From: Nageia nagi
Lineage: Eukaryota; Plantae; Pinophyta
Direction of reading: 5' to 3'
Assembly (NCBI GenBank): GCA_050084985.1
Contig: JBITNC010000001.1
Span: forward strand, 179,986,001-180,050,000
DNA length: 64,000 nucleotides
The position numbers were made by a program, and so were the translations under genes. Every line of letters starts with the position of its first letter. The first letter of the stretch is position 1. Below, piece after piece: positions 1-13,967 of the stretch. A model generated the notes under the pieces. It worked only from the letters and a program-made list of their open reading frames with translations, did no database searches and had not been told where the DNA came from.

Positions 1-99
1 CTTGATTGTTGACTTTCTCCTCATTCAACTATTCATTCCTTCTTGCTTCTTACATTACTGAATTTGATTTGATGGATCTGATCTTCTTTCAACTGAAAA

Positions 100-535
100 C
101 ATGCATTTTATTGTTTCTAAAATTCGATATATTGTTTCCAGTGTACCAATTATGTCTACTGGATGGAAACAACCTTCTTTTTCCTCACTTTCTGTTCTGA
201 AGATTGTTATTTTCCTTTTTGTTATGGCACTTGTTTTTAACATGATTAATTTTTTCTTATGGAAAATAGCACAGGATACTTTATTTGCTTGACTGTCAAC
301 TGACTGCCCCACATGTTTTGTAATTGGAAATATGCACTTTATTCTTTTAATTCGATGTGTCATTTCCAGTATAATAATTATGTCTTCTAAATGGATACAA
401 CCTTCTTTTTACTCCCAGTTCTCTTCTGAAAATTGTTGTTTTTCCTACGTAATGGCATTGATACCTAACATGATTGGCTGTTTTTTCTAGCAAATAGCAC
501 AGATTACTTTGTTTAATGCTGACCATCAGTTATTC
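100..535. repeat. Diverged ~230-bp tandem duplication
   Basis: ATGCATTTTATT...TTCCAGT...AATTATGTCT...CAACCTTCTTTTT...AAATAGCACAG occurs at ~101-300 and again at ~332-530. Confidence 0.75.
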
Positions 536-882
536 AATTTGTTTCTTCTGACAAATGATCTAATTAAAGCATGTGACACTGATTAAGAGCTAGGATATGT
601 CAGAAGGTATCTCAATCACATGAGAATTGTTTTTCAGATTTGTTCCTTCTATTCCTTGTAGGATTCCTTATCTATTGGAATTTTGGAAATCATGCATTAG
701 TACACATTGCTTTATTAACTACAAAACTAGGCCTTCTCTTCTGTGCAAGGTTGTTATTGTTAGAATCCCACATGTTGGGAAGGAAACCTTTCCTCTTACT
801 CAGCGATCGTCCATATGATCAAGATGGGAAAGCAACCCAACATGTAGGTGAGAACATATTACTGAACTCCTCTTGTAAGGAC

Positions 883-2315
883 TGATACCCCAAGGTTTCT
901 GATGAAAATTTGATGGACACCCCAAACTTGGTTTTTGATGAAAATTTGTCAAATTTTTCATTTTAGGCACCATTTTTCACTCCATTGGATTTGGAAAAAT
1001 ATGGAAAACTGTTTCTAGGAATTTGAGCCACCAAACTTACTCAAAATTGAAAGTTTGCAAGTTTAAATGTGCTAGAAATGCCAATTTTGACCCAATGAGC
1101 ACCTTAGGATTGATTTTTGTTGAATTTTGCACTTACCCCTCCAAGTTAGGTGCCAAAATGCAAGTCTATGGATTTCCAATCACTTGGAAACTTGCGCCTA
1201 GGATTTTAGGGCACTTCCATTGGTCAAAATCAAAAATTTGTAGACCTAAAGTGCCTTAGAACAGGATTTTACATGCAATCAAACCATCTCCCTTGATTTT
1301 CAAGACAAATTTCATTTTTCCCTTGGTAGCTAGGTGCCAAAATACACCCCATTGGATTTGCCTAGCCTTGGAGGGCTCAAAACTTGCTCAAAATCGAAAA
1401 TTTCAAGTCCTAATTGTGTTAGAAATAACCTTATTTCTCCAATGACGCTCTTAGACTTGATTTTCAACACCATTTTGCAATTCCTAGGAGCTATGTGTCA
1501 AAACCCAGGCTTGGATATCACTAAAATCCTCAAACTGTGCTCTTGGGCACACCTTGTGCATTCCGGACCCATATCCACCATTTCCAAGCTTGAACTTGAC
1601 TAAATCCACATTTTTCGTCATTTTCAGGCTTAAACTGTGCAAAAACGATCATTTTCGGCATTTGCGGTCAAAACTGAGCTTAAAGTCTGAAAAAGATCAT
1701 TTTCGGCACTTCAGAGCTCAAACTCTACATTTTCAGCCAAAACCACACTTTCCAAGTATTTTGAGCTCAACTTTACATTTTTTACCATTTTCGAGCTTTC
1801 CGAGATCAAAACATGCAAAAACGCACATTCTTGCCTTACTAACCACTTCCGGCCTCAAAATTGACAACACATTTTCTATCACACTTGCCCTTTTCTAGCA
1901 TTTCGGGCTCAAAATTGACAAAAACACTTATTTTTGTCATTTTAGCCATATTCACAGCTCTAGGACTTAATCTTGACAAAAACGCTCATTTTCGTCACAC
2001 TTGGCACTTTTGAGCTTAAAACTCTGAAAAACAACCCCATCTCTATTGACTGCACTCTAGACCAAAAATCTGTGCTCTAATACTCTCTCTTAGATCTTGG
2101 CTCCTTGGCTCCAAAATTGGTGACTGAAAACTTTGATACTCTTCAAGGTCTTCATCGCAAGATCTCCTTGAATCACTCCCTGATATCATGTTTGCACTCT
2201 TCAGAATGAACTATCCGTCGCCAAAAGCCAATCTCAAGGCAATGCACTTTATTGCCTTTGCAAAAATAGGGTCCCCAAAATCTTGAATTTTGGGGTGTAT
2301 TGTGCGGGCACAACA
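883..2315 (-). mobile_element. 5' fragment of a TGTTG...CAACA giant-LTR-like element, abutting/inserted in the 5' LTR of the Reina-like element
   Basis: Reverse complement from 2315 reads TGTTGTGCCCGCACAATACACCCCAAAATTCAAGATTTTGGGGACCCT, homologous to the starts at 13667, 36176 and 39019. Degenerate internal repeats at ~1560-2030. The left end is uncertain and no TSD was found. Confidence 0.7.
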
Positions 2316-5300
2316 CATCCTAACATGTCATTATTAGTATAGTTGTTTGGTATATCAGTTTGTAATGTAAACCACCATATTTGTTTTGTAATGTGAATTG
2401 TCATTTTGTAATGTTCAAATATTTTGAACCGTCGGCCTTTAAAAACAGTTTAGTTAATTTGAGCTAGGGTTAAGGTAGTAATTCTATAAATGTATAAGTG
2501 GGGAAGAGATGGTATCTTGAAGAAAGTATTTTGTCTTTGAAGTTATAAGAAGGAAGCCCCCTCGAAGTGGCCTACAATTCTCATTTTTATTTCAATAAAG
2601 CTATCTTATTTCCAATTTGAATCGTGTTATTTCATTTGATATGCTCTATTAATTCAAAGCTTTGTTTTCATGCTCCATTTTCGCTAAATTTAATAGTTGT
2701 TTATGCTATTATTTGGAATCAGTTCTTTTAGAATCTTAACAGCTGGTATCATAGCACTTACCAAGGCCATTTTGTTATTCTTCTACACATAGATTCCTGA
2801 GAGTGTCATAGGCTTAAAACTCTGTATTGAGGGTCTTTAAATATCATGGAGCATTTGTCATTTTTGGCAAGCACGCCTACCCATAAAGCAATGTGTGAAG
2901 TGATGTGCATAAAAGTCGGTATATGGAATTGGACTCTGTACGAAAAGGTATATCAGAGAAAACCCTAGGTTGAAACTAAAACTAGACTAGGAAGTCGTTG
3001 GCCATCTATAAATTGTAAGCATCAGTAAGCAATTAGCACCAAGAAGTTACTCATCACAGAAGCCTTCTCCGCAACTTCTTTTTGCTTATCGAAAGTTGAT
3101 AGGAGGAATGTTTAGACGAGCCTACAAAGCAGACACACCTTGACAATAGAACTTGCATTTTACTCGTCTTAGGAGGCATAAGGTACTACTTTCAGTATTA
3201 CAAAGCAGCTCCAAAATGTTAGATAGCTACTAATTCTTGGAGGCCACTACCTTCAAGGATTACAAAGCAATTTCCAGAATTCACAACTTGCAAAAGTAGT
3301 AAAATTTAAGAATAGCCGCTTGAAGATAATTCCCTAAAAAGAGTCTCGAACGCAAAAAAAAATCATTGTTTTGAGACATAGCCCATTGAGACCATCTTGT
3401 CGAGGCATTTGTTTTCATATATAAAACCCTTAAAACTTTTTTGGGAGTCGAAAATTGTCAATTTGAGACCTAGTCCATTGTGACCATCTCATTGAGGTGA
3501 TTGTTTTGACATATAGCATGCATATACTTTTTCAGTCACCTCCAATACCATACGAATGGCTAAAGGAAGAAATCAAACAATCAAGAGGATGCTTACCCAA
3601 TTCAATCTCAAGCATGCTTTAAAAGAAATGGATTCAAGGAATGAAGGCTTAATATGATACTTTGAACCAGAACATGTTGCAAGTACAACAATTGGTGCAA
3701 TCAATTGTAGCAGCACAATGCAGAACACACAAGGTTCGAGTTCTCAACAGTTGATAGGATACATACATCAAATGCATATGGGAGGACAACAAGCAACCAT
3801 TCTTCCAAGGAAAACTAAGTTATATTTTCCTAAGTTTGATGGAGGGGATTCGACCAATTGGATTTATCGAGCAGAATAATATTTTTCATTGAACCAAATT
3901 CTTGAGGCTTAAAAGATGAACATTGCATCCTTTCATCTTGAGCATGATGTCATTTAATGGTATCAATGGTATGAAAAGACTTAATTGGGCAACCTTTACT
4001 CAAGGGGAATTCACAAAAAATTTATTGGTTCGATTTGGTCCAAGTGACTTTGAAAACTTCATGGGAGCTCTCACAAAGTTCCATCAAACATCATTAGAAA
4101 ACAATTATCAGAGTCAAGTTGAGAAGCTTGCAAATCGCATGGAAGGATATGATGAATCCTTTTTCAAAAGTTGCTTCATCAATGGACTGAAAGAATAAAT
4201 TAGGGTGGAAGTAAAGATGTTTAATGCCAACACCATGATGTAGGCCATTGGGTTAGCTAAGCTGGCAAAAGATAAATGCAATGCTCAATGTCAACAAGGA
4301 AAGCAACCTATTGAGAAGCCACAAGTCACTCAAACAGCCACAAAACCTTATCGACCCTTACATGTTAAGCAACTCAATCCTTAGAAAATGAAAGAATGAT
4401 AGGAGAAAGGCCTTTGCTATAATTGTGATGAGAAATATGTACCAAACCATAGATGTACTATACAAAAAGTTGTACTTGTTAAATGTAGATGTTCCTTGTA
4501 ATTTAGTAGAGGAATAAGAGGAGGCGAAGGTGGAAGAAGTGGTAGATGAACTTGATAACACTAATAAAGACACCCCAAAGATTTTTTTCAATGCTCTTGC
4601 AAAGTTTTCTTCCCCACAAACTATGAAGGTCCAAGGGTAGTTCAAGCACAAACTATCATTATCCTCATCGATTTGGGAAGTACACATAATTTCATTGATC
4701 CAAGATTGACAAAACAGCAAATTCTTATATTCACCCTTGTAATAGCTTTGAGGTGATGATTGGTAATGGAAGGAAAATTGTATGTAAAGGGAAATGTCAA
4801 CATACTCATGGGAGACTAGAATTTGAAATTTGATACGTATGGACTTCCATTGGGAGGATGTGATGCTGACATAGGGGCTCAATGGTTGCAAATGTTGGGG
4901 CCAATATTATAGGATTTTGCAACACTATGCATGCAATTCACAATAGAAGGATAGAGATACACTTTAAAAGGATTACAAGCAAGCCCTTTGTAGATAGTAA
5001 GTTCCCACCACATGGAGAATCTTGTTCAAAAAGGAGGCAAGGGGATAAACGCATAGTTATTCTCAATTCAATCAATAAGGGATGGACAAGAAGTGGAGTT
5101 ACAATAATTTTTGGCACGTCATGTAGGAGTATTTGAAGAACCAAAAGGGTTGCTCCTCCATTGCCCTCAAGATAATGCTATACAATTTTTCCCTAGGAGT
5201 CAACCACTAAATATTCGACCCTATCACTACCCCTTCTTGCAAAAAAAATGAATTTTTTTTCAATATTCGACCCTATCAATACCCCATTCTTGTCCAATAT

Positions 5301-8240
5301 TGTTGGTTCATAAGAAGGATGGATCATGGCACCTATGCATAGATTTAAAGCTCTCAACAAAATCAAAGTCAAAATTCCCAATTCCTATCATTGATGAATT
5401 GTTGGATGAACTTCATGGAGCTAAGTATTTTTCAAAATTGGATTTACGATTTGGATATTATCAAATCAGAATTCAAGAAGACATCCCTACAAGAGCTTTT
5501 CGCACTCATGAGGGCCATTATGAATTTTTGGTCATGCCATTTGACCTTAAAAATGATCATTCAACTTTCCAAAGTTTGATGAATTTAGGTATTTCACTCT
5601 TATCTCAAAAATTTATTTTGGTTTTCTTTGATGATATTTTGGGTTATAGCAAGACTTGGGAGGATCATTTGGCTTAGTTGGACAAGACATTGCAAATCTT
5701 GGGTGAAAATCAATTGTATGCCAAATGCTCAAAGTGCTCTTTTGGGCAGAATGAGATTGAGTAACTCAAACATATCATTTTTGAAGAAGGGGTTAAAGTG
5801 GACCCATATAAAATTGAAGATATGATGAATTGAACGATCCCAAAATCATTGAAAAGTTTGCATGATTTCTAGGATTGATCGGGTATTATTGTAAGTTTGT
5901 AAAAGATTATGGTAAAATAGCAACCCCATTGACAACTTTACTCAAAAAGAATGTTTTTGTCTAGTCATCGAATGTCGAAGATGCTTTTAATAGGTTCAAA
6001 GAAGCTATGTGCTCCACCCCAGTATTAGCCATCCTAGACTTCTCTAAGACCTTCGTGATTGAAAGCGATGCTTCAGAATAGAAATTTGTGTAGTTTTCAT
6101 GCAAGAAGGAAGACCCTTGTCCTTCACCAAAAAGGCACTTTTAGGAAGGAATTTGGCATTGTCAACATATAAAAAGAAGATGTTAGCAATCATTCATGCC
6201 ATCCAACATTGGCAGTCATACCTCATTGGTGGACATTTCATTATTTGCATATATCATCATAGTTTGAAGTATTTTGTGGAAAAATGTATCTCTACTCCCT
6301 AGCAATAAAAGTGGGTCACTAAACTATTGGGGCATGACTATGAGATTGTGTATTGCAAAGGGAAGGAAAATATAGTAGTTGATGCTTTATCATGAAAATT
6401 TGAAGAACTGACAACATTGCAAGCAATCTCTTTACCTATTCCCCAATGGTTAGACCAAATAAAACAGGAAAAGCACAATGACAACACAACTCGAACATTG
6501 ATTCAGTAGCTCCAAAGTGACCCTTTTGGGAAACCCAACATCACTTGAAGCAATGGAGTACTTTGGTATAAGGGATGCATTGTATTGCCCTCTAAATCTT
6601 CCAACCAAGTTGAGATACTTCATGAGTTACATGCAATGCCCACAACAGGACATTGGTTTTCTAAACACATACAAAAGGGTGGCTCAATCGTTTTATTGGG
6701 ATGGAATGAAACCAAACATCAAGTCCTTTGTTGCAAAATGTGGTGTTTTTCAACAACAAAAGAGTGAAACAATGGGTACTCTGAAACTACTTCAGCCTGT
6801 TCCCATACACAAGCGCACTTGGAATTCATTTATGGTCTTCCAAAGTCTTGTGGATCCATTGTCGAAGTATGCACATTTTTGGTTGTTCTTAGCTAACCTC
6901 TATAAGGTTGTTAATGTGGCTCAACTTTTCCTTGATAACATTTTCAAGCTCCATGGTTTGTCATCGACTATAGTAAATGATCGAGATCCTACTTTCACCA
7001 ATCATTTTTGGCAAAAAAATTTCAAGCTTCAAGGAAGTCAGCTCAACATGAGTTTTGCATATCACCTCCAAACTAATGGATAGACAAAGATTGCTAATAA
7101 ATGTTTGGAGACTTATTTGCATGGTTTTGCTTCTGCACAACTTGTTCATTTGGTTAAATGGCTTCCCCTAGAAGAGTGGTGGTACAATACTTCCTATCAT
7201 ACTACAATTAAAATGATCCCCTAGGAAGTTTTATATGGCCAAGCCCCACCAACAGTGACAACCTATATTCCTGGAAACACCAATGTTCAAGCAGTGGATT
7301 TTGAGTTGACCAATAGGTGGGGTATTCTTCACCTTCTTAAGGAGAACTTGTAGACTACACAGCAACAGATGAAAAAACAAGTTGATCAACAATGGTTGAA
7401 AATAAATTTCAAGTGGGAGATATGGTATTCTTGCAACTTCAACCTTATCGTTAGATTTCTCTCAAGCTAAAAGGACCCCAAAAGTTAGCTCCAAAATTTT
7501 ATGGACCTTACAAGATTTAACGCATTGGACCAACTGCATAGAAGTTGGAGTTACAGGAGTCTTTGAAAATTAATCCAATGTTTCATGTATCTTGCCTCAA
7601 GAAGGTCATCAATTCACAGGTGAAGGTACAAAGTTACCAATATAGTTACCTGATTTCACAAAGGATGGCTCTTTAGTTGTGGAATCTAAAGCAATCTTGG
7701 AATGACGTACCTATCAACTTTGCAATCGCACCATTATTGAAGTTCTAGTTCAGTGGCATGGATTCACCCCTAAAGATGTTACTTGGGAAGTACTTTATCA
7801 GCTTCAATAAGAATTTCAATTTCAACTTTGAGGATAAAGCTTTTTCCAGGAGGGGTGGCATGTGAGGATCCCACATCCTAACATTTCATTATTAGTAATA
7901 GTATAGTTGTTTGGTATATCGTCTTGTAATGTGAACCGCCATGTTTGTTTTGTAATGTATACCGCCATTTTGTAGCGCTCAAATATTTTGAACCGTCGGT
8001 CTTTGTAAGTAGTTGGATAAATTTGAGCTAGGGTTAGAGTAGTAATTCTATAAATGTGTAAGAGGGGAAGAGATTATATCTCGAAGAAAGTATTTTGTCT
8101 TTGAAGATGTGAGGAAGCCCCCTCGAAGCAACCTACAATTCTCATTGTTATTTCATTAAAGCTATGTTTTTTGTAATCTGAATCGTGTTATTTCATTTGA
8201 TATTCTTTGTTTATGCTGTTATTTTGAATATTCTTTGTTT
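2316..8240 (+). mobile_element. Decayed Ty3/gypsy chromovirus (Reina-like) LTR retrotransposon
   Basis: 5' LTR 2316-2741 (first bases displaced). PBS TGGTATCATAGC at 2744-2755 (tRNA-iMet type). PPT AGGAGGGGTGGCA at 7848-7860. 3' LTR 7861-~8240 is clearly homologous to the 5' LTR. Confidence 0.93.
3556..7850 (+). pseudogene. gag-pol pseudogene (gag, Zn knuckle, protease, RT, RNase H, integrase, chromodomain)
   Basis: GLCYNCDEKYVPNHRC (~4410); LIDLGSTHNFID (~4665); KKDGSW..FSKLDLRFGYYQIR..FFDDIL (5300-5677); RNase H (6099-6302); integrase KLHGLSSTIVNDRDPTF (6517-7083); EVLVQWHGFTPKDVTWE chromodomain (~7740). Many stops and frameshifts. Confidence 0.93.
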
Positions 8241-9482
8241 ATTGACTGTATATACTGCCTCTTTAATTGAGTGTTTGTTATTTCCTTCATGAATAGAAAT
8301 GTAGCTACAATAGGAGGCAAAAGTTGTGCATACTTGATAGAAATGGCCCTTATTGACATTGCCCCCAGTCTTGTACATATAAAAGTAAAACGTGAGGATA
8401 ACATGCTCAACCTGTTTTGAATGCGAACAGTAAAAAAGAGGGTGCCCATATCATAAAAAGCTTCACAAGAAGGTCAAATATGGTTCATAAGAAAGAAAAT
8501 GACATTGTCATTAAACCTTGTAATGAAGAAAATGATAAAGACACTTCTAAATAATGGAGGATAACATCCAAAGAGAAAATAATGAAAGAAAAAATTTCAC
8601 ACCATATAGAATCCTTACATACAAGACCATATCTGTAAAAGAAGTGATGAGAAGGTATAGAAATTAAATTTCAGTATTCCTTAAAGCAAATATGATGGAG
8701 ATGAAAGAGTTTCAGGATTCCTGAGTTGCTCCCAATACAACCAAAACCGAAGATAAATGAAGTTATTTACGAATTAGTTATCTTTATTTGCCTTTGTTCA
8801 TAATTCATCGCAAAACATGAAATAAATTATAATTGTATTTGTTATTTGATCTTCTTGAGAATTCCTTCAAAAGTTTAGAGCATATATGGAGTTGATTCCA
8901 TTCATTTAATAAACATACTTACCAAAGATGAAAAAAGACCTTCAATTAAAGCAGTTTGTAAAGGCAAGGTATGTCAGTTATGCATCTTTAAATGGTTGGA
9001 TATTGACACCCTCTATCCAAATTACAAATAATGAACACAACCAAATTAAACAGGTAGAAAATGAAGATGAAGACAAAACAGAAAAGTGTATGCAAAGAAT
9101 ATGCAGATAATGATGATTTCTAAAAAAACATCATGGCAGAAATGACAGCATTAATATTTACTTGAAACTTAGGGTTGAGACATCTCTACTTCATTTATGA
9201 AGGTTTTCGTAATTTCAGTTATGCCCCTTTCTGAATGATAGCAGACTGTGGGTCCCACTCACCTGTTTTTGTGGAGTAGCTGTGGTGAGTGGATGCTAGT
9301 GTGTAGGAGTAGTAGGAGGGATAAGTGTGACTGTATCAGTAACCACAGACATTTGTTTTGTATTGTTTTCCTGATGAATAAAAGGGAAATTCCTATTTTT
9401 GAGGGATCTTCCTTGGATCAAGTTTTGAGGGGCCCTGCTGATTCCCCTAAGGGTGTTCTATTCTGCCCTGGCATCCGTCTGA

Positions 9483-10682
9483 TGTAATTTGGAGTCGTAT
9501 CAAAGATTTTTTTGAGAAATTATGAAGCACACCAAATACAAATGCACACAAAACAATAATAATTCCACAAGGCAAAACCTGATTTCTTTTATATTTTGTC
9601 TTTTCAATAAATAAAACTTGCAACTACAGCAGATTATAGGTAATAGAGACAATGCATTACAATTGTATGTAAGCAAGACAATTACAAATCACTAAGCACA
9701 CCTCTAAAATCTGTTCAAACAGCTGTAACACCTTCAAAACTCAAAACAAACCCCACAAGAACTGGACAAACAGTTGTATTATTGTCTCTAAGCTAGACGA
9801 CTGCTGGACAGATTTCTCATAGTTGTCCTCAGTCGATTATCTTAGCAAATAACACCCTCAAGCCTCTATCCTGCTGAACAAAGGCTGATATGCTCAAAAT
9901 TGTGCCAATACTGGATTGTCTTCACCAAAGCTAAGCATGAACATGGCTCCCTTGACAGTTTTGGCCCTTATAACCTACAAAATAGTCCTCTCAAGGCTGA
10001 CATCTTACTCCAATTGCCTCCAAAGGCTGGATCTCTACTTCAAAACTTCTAACTTGCCCTCCAATAGGCAGATCTACACTTTAGCTTCAATGATGCTCCT
10101 CAAATAAAGCCCAAATCACCAACCTTGATGTGGATTGGTCAGTGGGTGGATAGCTCTAGGATCTGATCCTTCAAGACTCAATTTAATTGATCTCCAATGG
10201 GAACCCCAAAAAACTCCAACAAAATGCAAGAGTCCAAAAGAGCACAACTCTTCCAAATTCCAAATTCACCCCTTCCAAATGACCAACTCTTCCTCTTAAA
10301 TAGTCTTGAAAATCTTAATTTAAGCCTCTTGACGGTTACAAAAATTTTCTCATAACAGTTAAATCCTCTCCTATGGCAGTTACAAAAGCATTAAATAATA
10401 CCTTAGACTTTGACCTCATAACAGTTACCTTTGCCAAAATGGCAATTACAAATACTAAAGACATTTAATATTACCTTATCATCCCAAACATCAAGCTAAA
10501 AACATGTACCAAGTCAATGACATTAATTAATACCTTTTTTCTTGTCCCAAAACTATTCTAAATACATAACCAACTCCTTAAACACTTATACTAACAATAA
10601 AACTTCTCAAAACACACTAACCCACCCCTTGAAGGCCCACAAACACAATAAAACATAAATTAAAATATTTTGGGACATTACA
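9483..10682 (-). mobile_element. Probable solo LTR (gypsy type), nested in another LTR-like sequence (~9247-11589)
   Basis: Right end GGGACATTACA equals TGTAATGTCCC on the minus strand, the same start as other LTRs in the window. Left end TGTAAT. No TSD recognisable. Confidence 0.55.
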
Positions 10683-11966
10683 AATTATGGCTAAATATAG
10701 GTTCTAAGAGGGCTGATTCTACTTTCTAGGCTAGATTTGAGGACGATGGACATCTAAGACTAGGGCATGCATATAGTCATTGGATTTAGCTTCAAATCTT
10801 CTAATTTGGGTTTTTGATACTTTAGGTAACCGAGATGCCAATCTCAAGTTGTGATTATGATCTTTGGTCCAAGACTTAGTATTTCCAGACTTGAGGAGTT
10901 TAATTCAATTTTATGTCATTAAGGATACATTAAGGGGTATCTATTTTAATACATTATGATTAGACTAATGTCTAAAGTGTGGAGTTAAAAAGCGACTATT
11001 CTCCTAAACTAGGGTAGTGGCTTGAAAAAAGAAAAGTTTTTGGGAGAGAAGGATATCTTCAACATTTTAAAAAAAAATTTCTATTCTTCTTGGGGCAGCT
11101 GTGTAACAGCAAAAGCTAGCAGATTTGAGGATGAAAACCTTCAGACCTCAAAGGAAGAGGGCATAGCTTTTTTATTTTGGTAGAAAGATTCATGCATATC
11201 TATACTTGTGCATTCAAAGAGATTTCAATTGAAGGTTGTGCTGATTTGGCTAGAGTTTTGGCTGAGAAGATCTAGGTTTAACTTCTGCATCCTATAGTGA
11301 TCAAATCTCTCTATCTACATCTACTTCCTGGGTGTCTTGAGTTGTAACAGCGAGAAGCCTGCTTTTCATTGTAATAAAACTTCATCGTTTAGTGGATGCA
11401 AATACCTAGTGCATTCTGTTAGTTTATTGTTATATTTATCTTTGTGTGATTTTTCCTTGAATTATGTCTCATTGAAACAATAAAAAAATACCAAAAGATA
11501 CAACTGTTTAGAAATTTTATTGGAAATTCTCATTTTTTTTTTGTTTTGGAATTTGCATGTTAGTGTGTATTTTGACAAGGGGTTCTACAATCGTATGAAA
11601 GCTACAACCTAGCTAGCCTGAGGGGTTACAAGGAGTATTAGTTCTTTAGTGTCACTTACTGAAGGGAAATAAGATATCAAAAGAAAAAACAAACAAAACT
11701 TCATAAAAGTCTTATCCCACAATAGGATATAGGTAATCATGTGAAGATGTCAGATGAGGATAAAGAAATAGAAATATATTAATGTCCACTAGTGACCCAA
11801 AAGGTCAATGGAACTGTAGGGTAAGACAATTACAAAGTAAAAAGAGTGCCTTGCGCAGCTCCAAAGAGAGTAGAGTAGATAAAGATATGAGCAATGCAAT
11901 AAATGAAACCCTTAATTAGCATGAGAAAAATCTCAAAATGTATTAAATATGTAAGTCAAGGACCAC

Positions 11967-12999
11967 TGTAATGTACATTTCTAGGATTTATCTAATTTTA
12001 CTTCATTCCACATTCATTCACATATTAGAGCATCAAAGTAAATGCTTATTAGCCATCGAAACATGCGCTCAAAACTGAAATATAACAGCAGTAGCCAAAT
12101 ATGATATAAAACTCATATAACATGCAAATATGATCAAGCTAGGACACAACTTCAGATTTGTAACATAACAGAAATATAGCTCCAAAATACTCTAATCTGC
12201 ATACATTCCCATGCACAATGAAGATAATAGCATAGCAGAAATTTATAGGAGCATTCATTCACATTCAAGGTGCAATATAAGAGCCAAGATCATGAATAAT
12301 CAACCAAGAATAAGTATAGGACTGTAACAAGCCTGTAACAAGTTCTAGGGCAAATCCCAAGACTTCAAATATGTTGAACCAAGACTCCTAAAGGCTAGCA
12401 CAAAACGCAAGAAGGCTTCCAAGCTTGGTGCAAGTCCCAAGATGTCTCCCAATCGCTGGCGCAAGCTTCCAAGTGGCAAAAATGGTAGGCGCAAGTCTCT
12501 AGAATGCTCCTCAAGGTTGGCCCAAGCTTTCCAAGTGATGTAGAAGAATAGAAGAGCCACTTCTAGGCTAGGGAGAAGCTCTAAGCCCTAGAAGTTAGAG
12601 AAGGGAAGCATCCCTAAACTCCGAATGATCCAAGTTCAAATGCACAAGATGATCCTTCAAGTGATGCTCTAACTTGCCTTTATATGATTTCAAACTTACA
12701 TCATATCTTTCCCCAAGTTGGCCAACCAAGTAGGAGGATATAAAAAATTACAAGTGGCCCAATATCTCCTTGAGTTGGCCGACTAGGTGTGAGGGGTTAA
12801 ATACATTAAAGTGGCCCCTTTAACTTAGCCAAAACAAATTACATATTGCCCTTACTTGGGCGTTCCCCAAATGGGATACAAATATAAATATCAAATTATA
12901 TTTAATTGACAAATAAAAGACTCCTAATTCAAACACTATAGATCAAAGTAAATAAGCATGAGGGGTGACATCTAGATGTCCCAAATTTGGGACAGTACA
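11967..12999 (-). mobile_element. Solo LTR with intact target-site duplication
   Basis: TGTA...TACA termini. Perfect 5-bp TSD ACCAC at 11962-11966 and 13000-13004. Minus-strand start TGTACTGTCCC. Confidence 0.9.
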
Positions 13000-13967
13000 A
13001 CCACTCCCAGTATTCAAGGCTGAGAAGAAGCGAGTGATGCAGGTTTTTGATGTCATCCTAGGAAGTCTTTGTTGGAGTTGACAGTGGATTGATCTCGTCA
13101 TATCTCTATGGTCACCCGGGCGCTTACTATTTGAGACTCCTTGGGGCTGGAAGAAGGAAGGGATAAGTCTGAATCTAGTGCCTATCTTAAGTCTATTATT
13201 GAGTTTTTTTCTCAGATAAAAAGAGCAATGGACCTCTAGTGTTCCTAGTTTATCCCAGATTTTAGTGTATGGGTGTCTTTAAATAAGCAATAATGTTTGT
13301 CATGTATCTCATAGTAGATGGGGCAAGTGAAGATAAAATGCTCTTCAAATTCCACTTCGAGATTGCAAAATTTATAAATACACTAATCTTTGGGAAGGTG
13401 GTGATTTGTCTCAATATGTAGTTGGTGTGAACAAGCTCGTAACTGGGCTAGAGGGAACTTGAGGCTATGCGACATTTGCATAAAGTTATCTTTTGGGTTA
13501 GTGCTCAATCTATTTTCTATTTGGAGTTAGAAGCAAAAAAAATGAAGTAGCTTCAGTGATAGAGGCTCCTTTGGTTCAATCTATGTAATCTTTCGACATG
13601 TTGAGTATATCTCGTCTCTATACTCCTTATTAATACTAAAATATGCAGCATTAGTTGGCAGCTTAGTGTTGTGACTGAAACACAACATGCCCCCAAATCT
13701 TGCGATTTTGGGGACCCTCAACACTTCATGTAAATACTTTGCAATGTTGTAGTCTTATCCAACTCAAGTGATGTCGCAAGACCCAGATTCAAGGACAAGC
13801 CCCTCACGTTCAAGCCTCATCCTTCGTCCAAAGTCAATCATACCAAGCTAAAAGTGTGAAATTCTTCCAAAAATGGCTAAGTCCGGAAACTGAACGTCAA
13901 CCTTAGGTGAGCTAGGAGAGTCTAGGACGAGCCATGATAGAATCAAGCCAAACTGGGTCACTCCTAG

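Noticed and set aside
4358-4891. 177-aa minus-strand ORF
   Set aside because: Antisense to the gag/protease region of the Reina-like element.
869-8262. CCTCT at 869-873 and 8258-8262 as the TSD of the Reina-like element
   Set aside because: The right copy is not preceded by the LTR end (TTAACA), so it may be chance.
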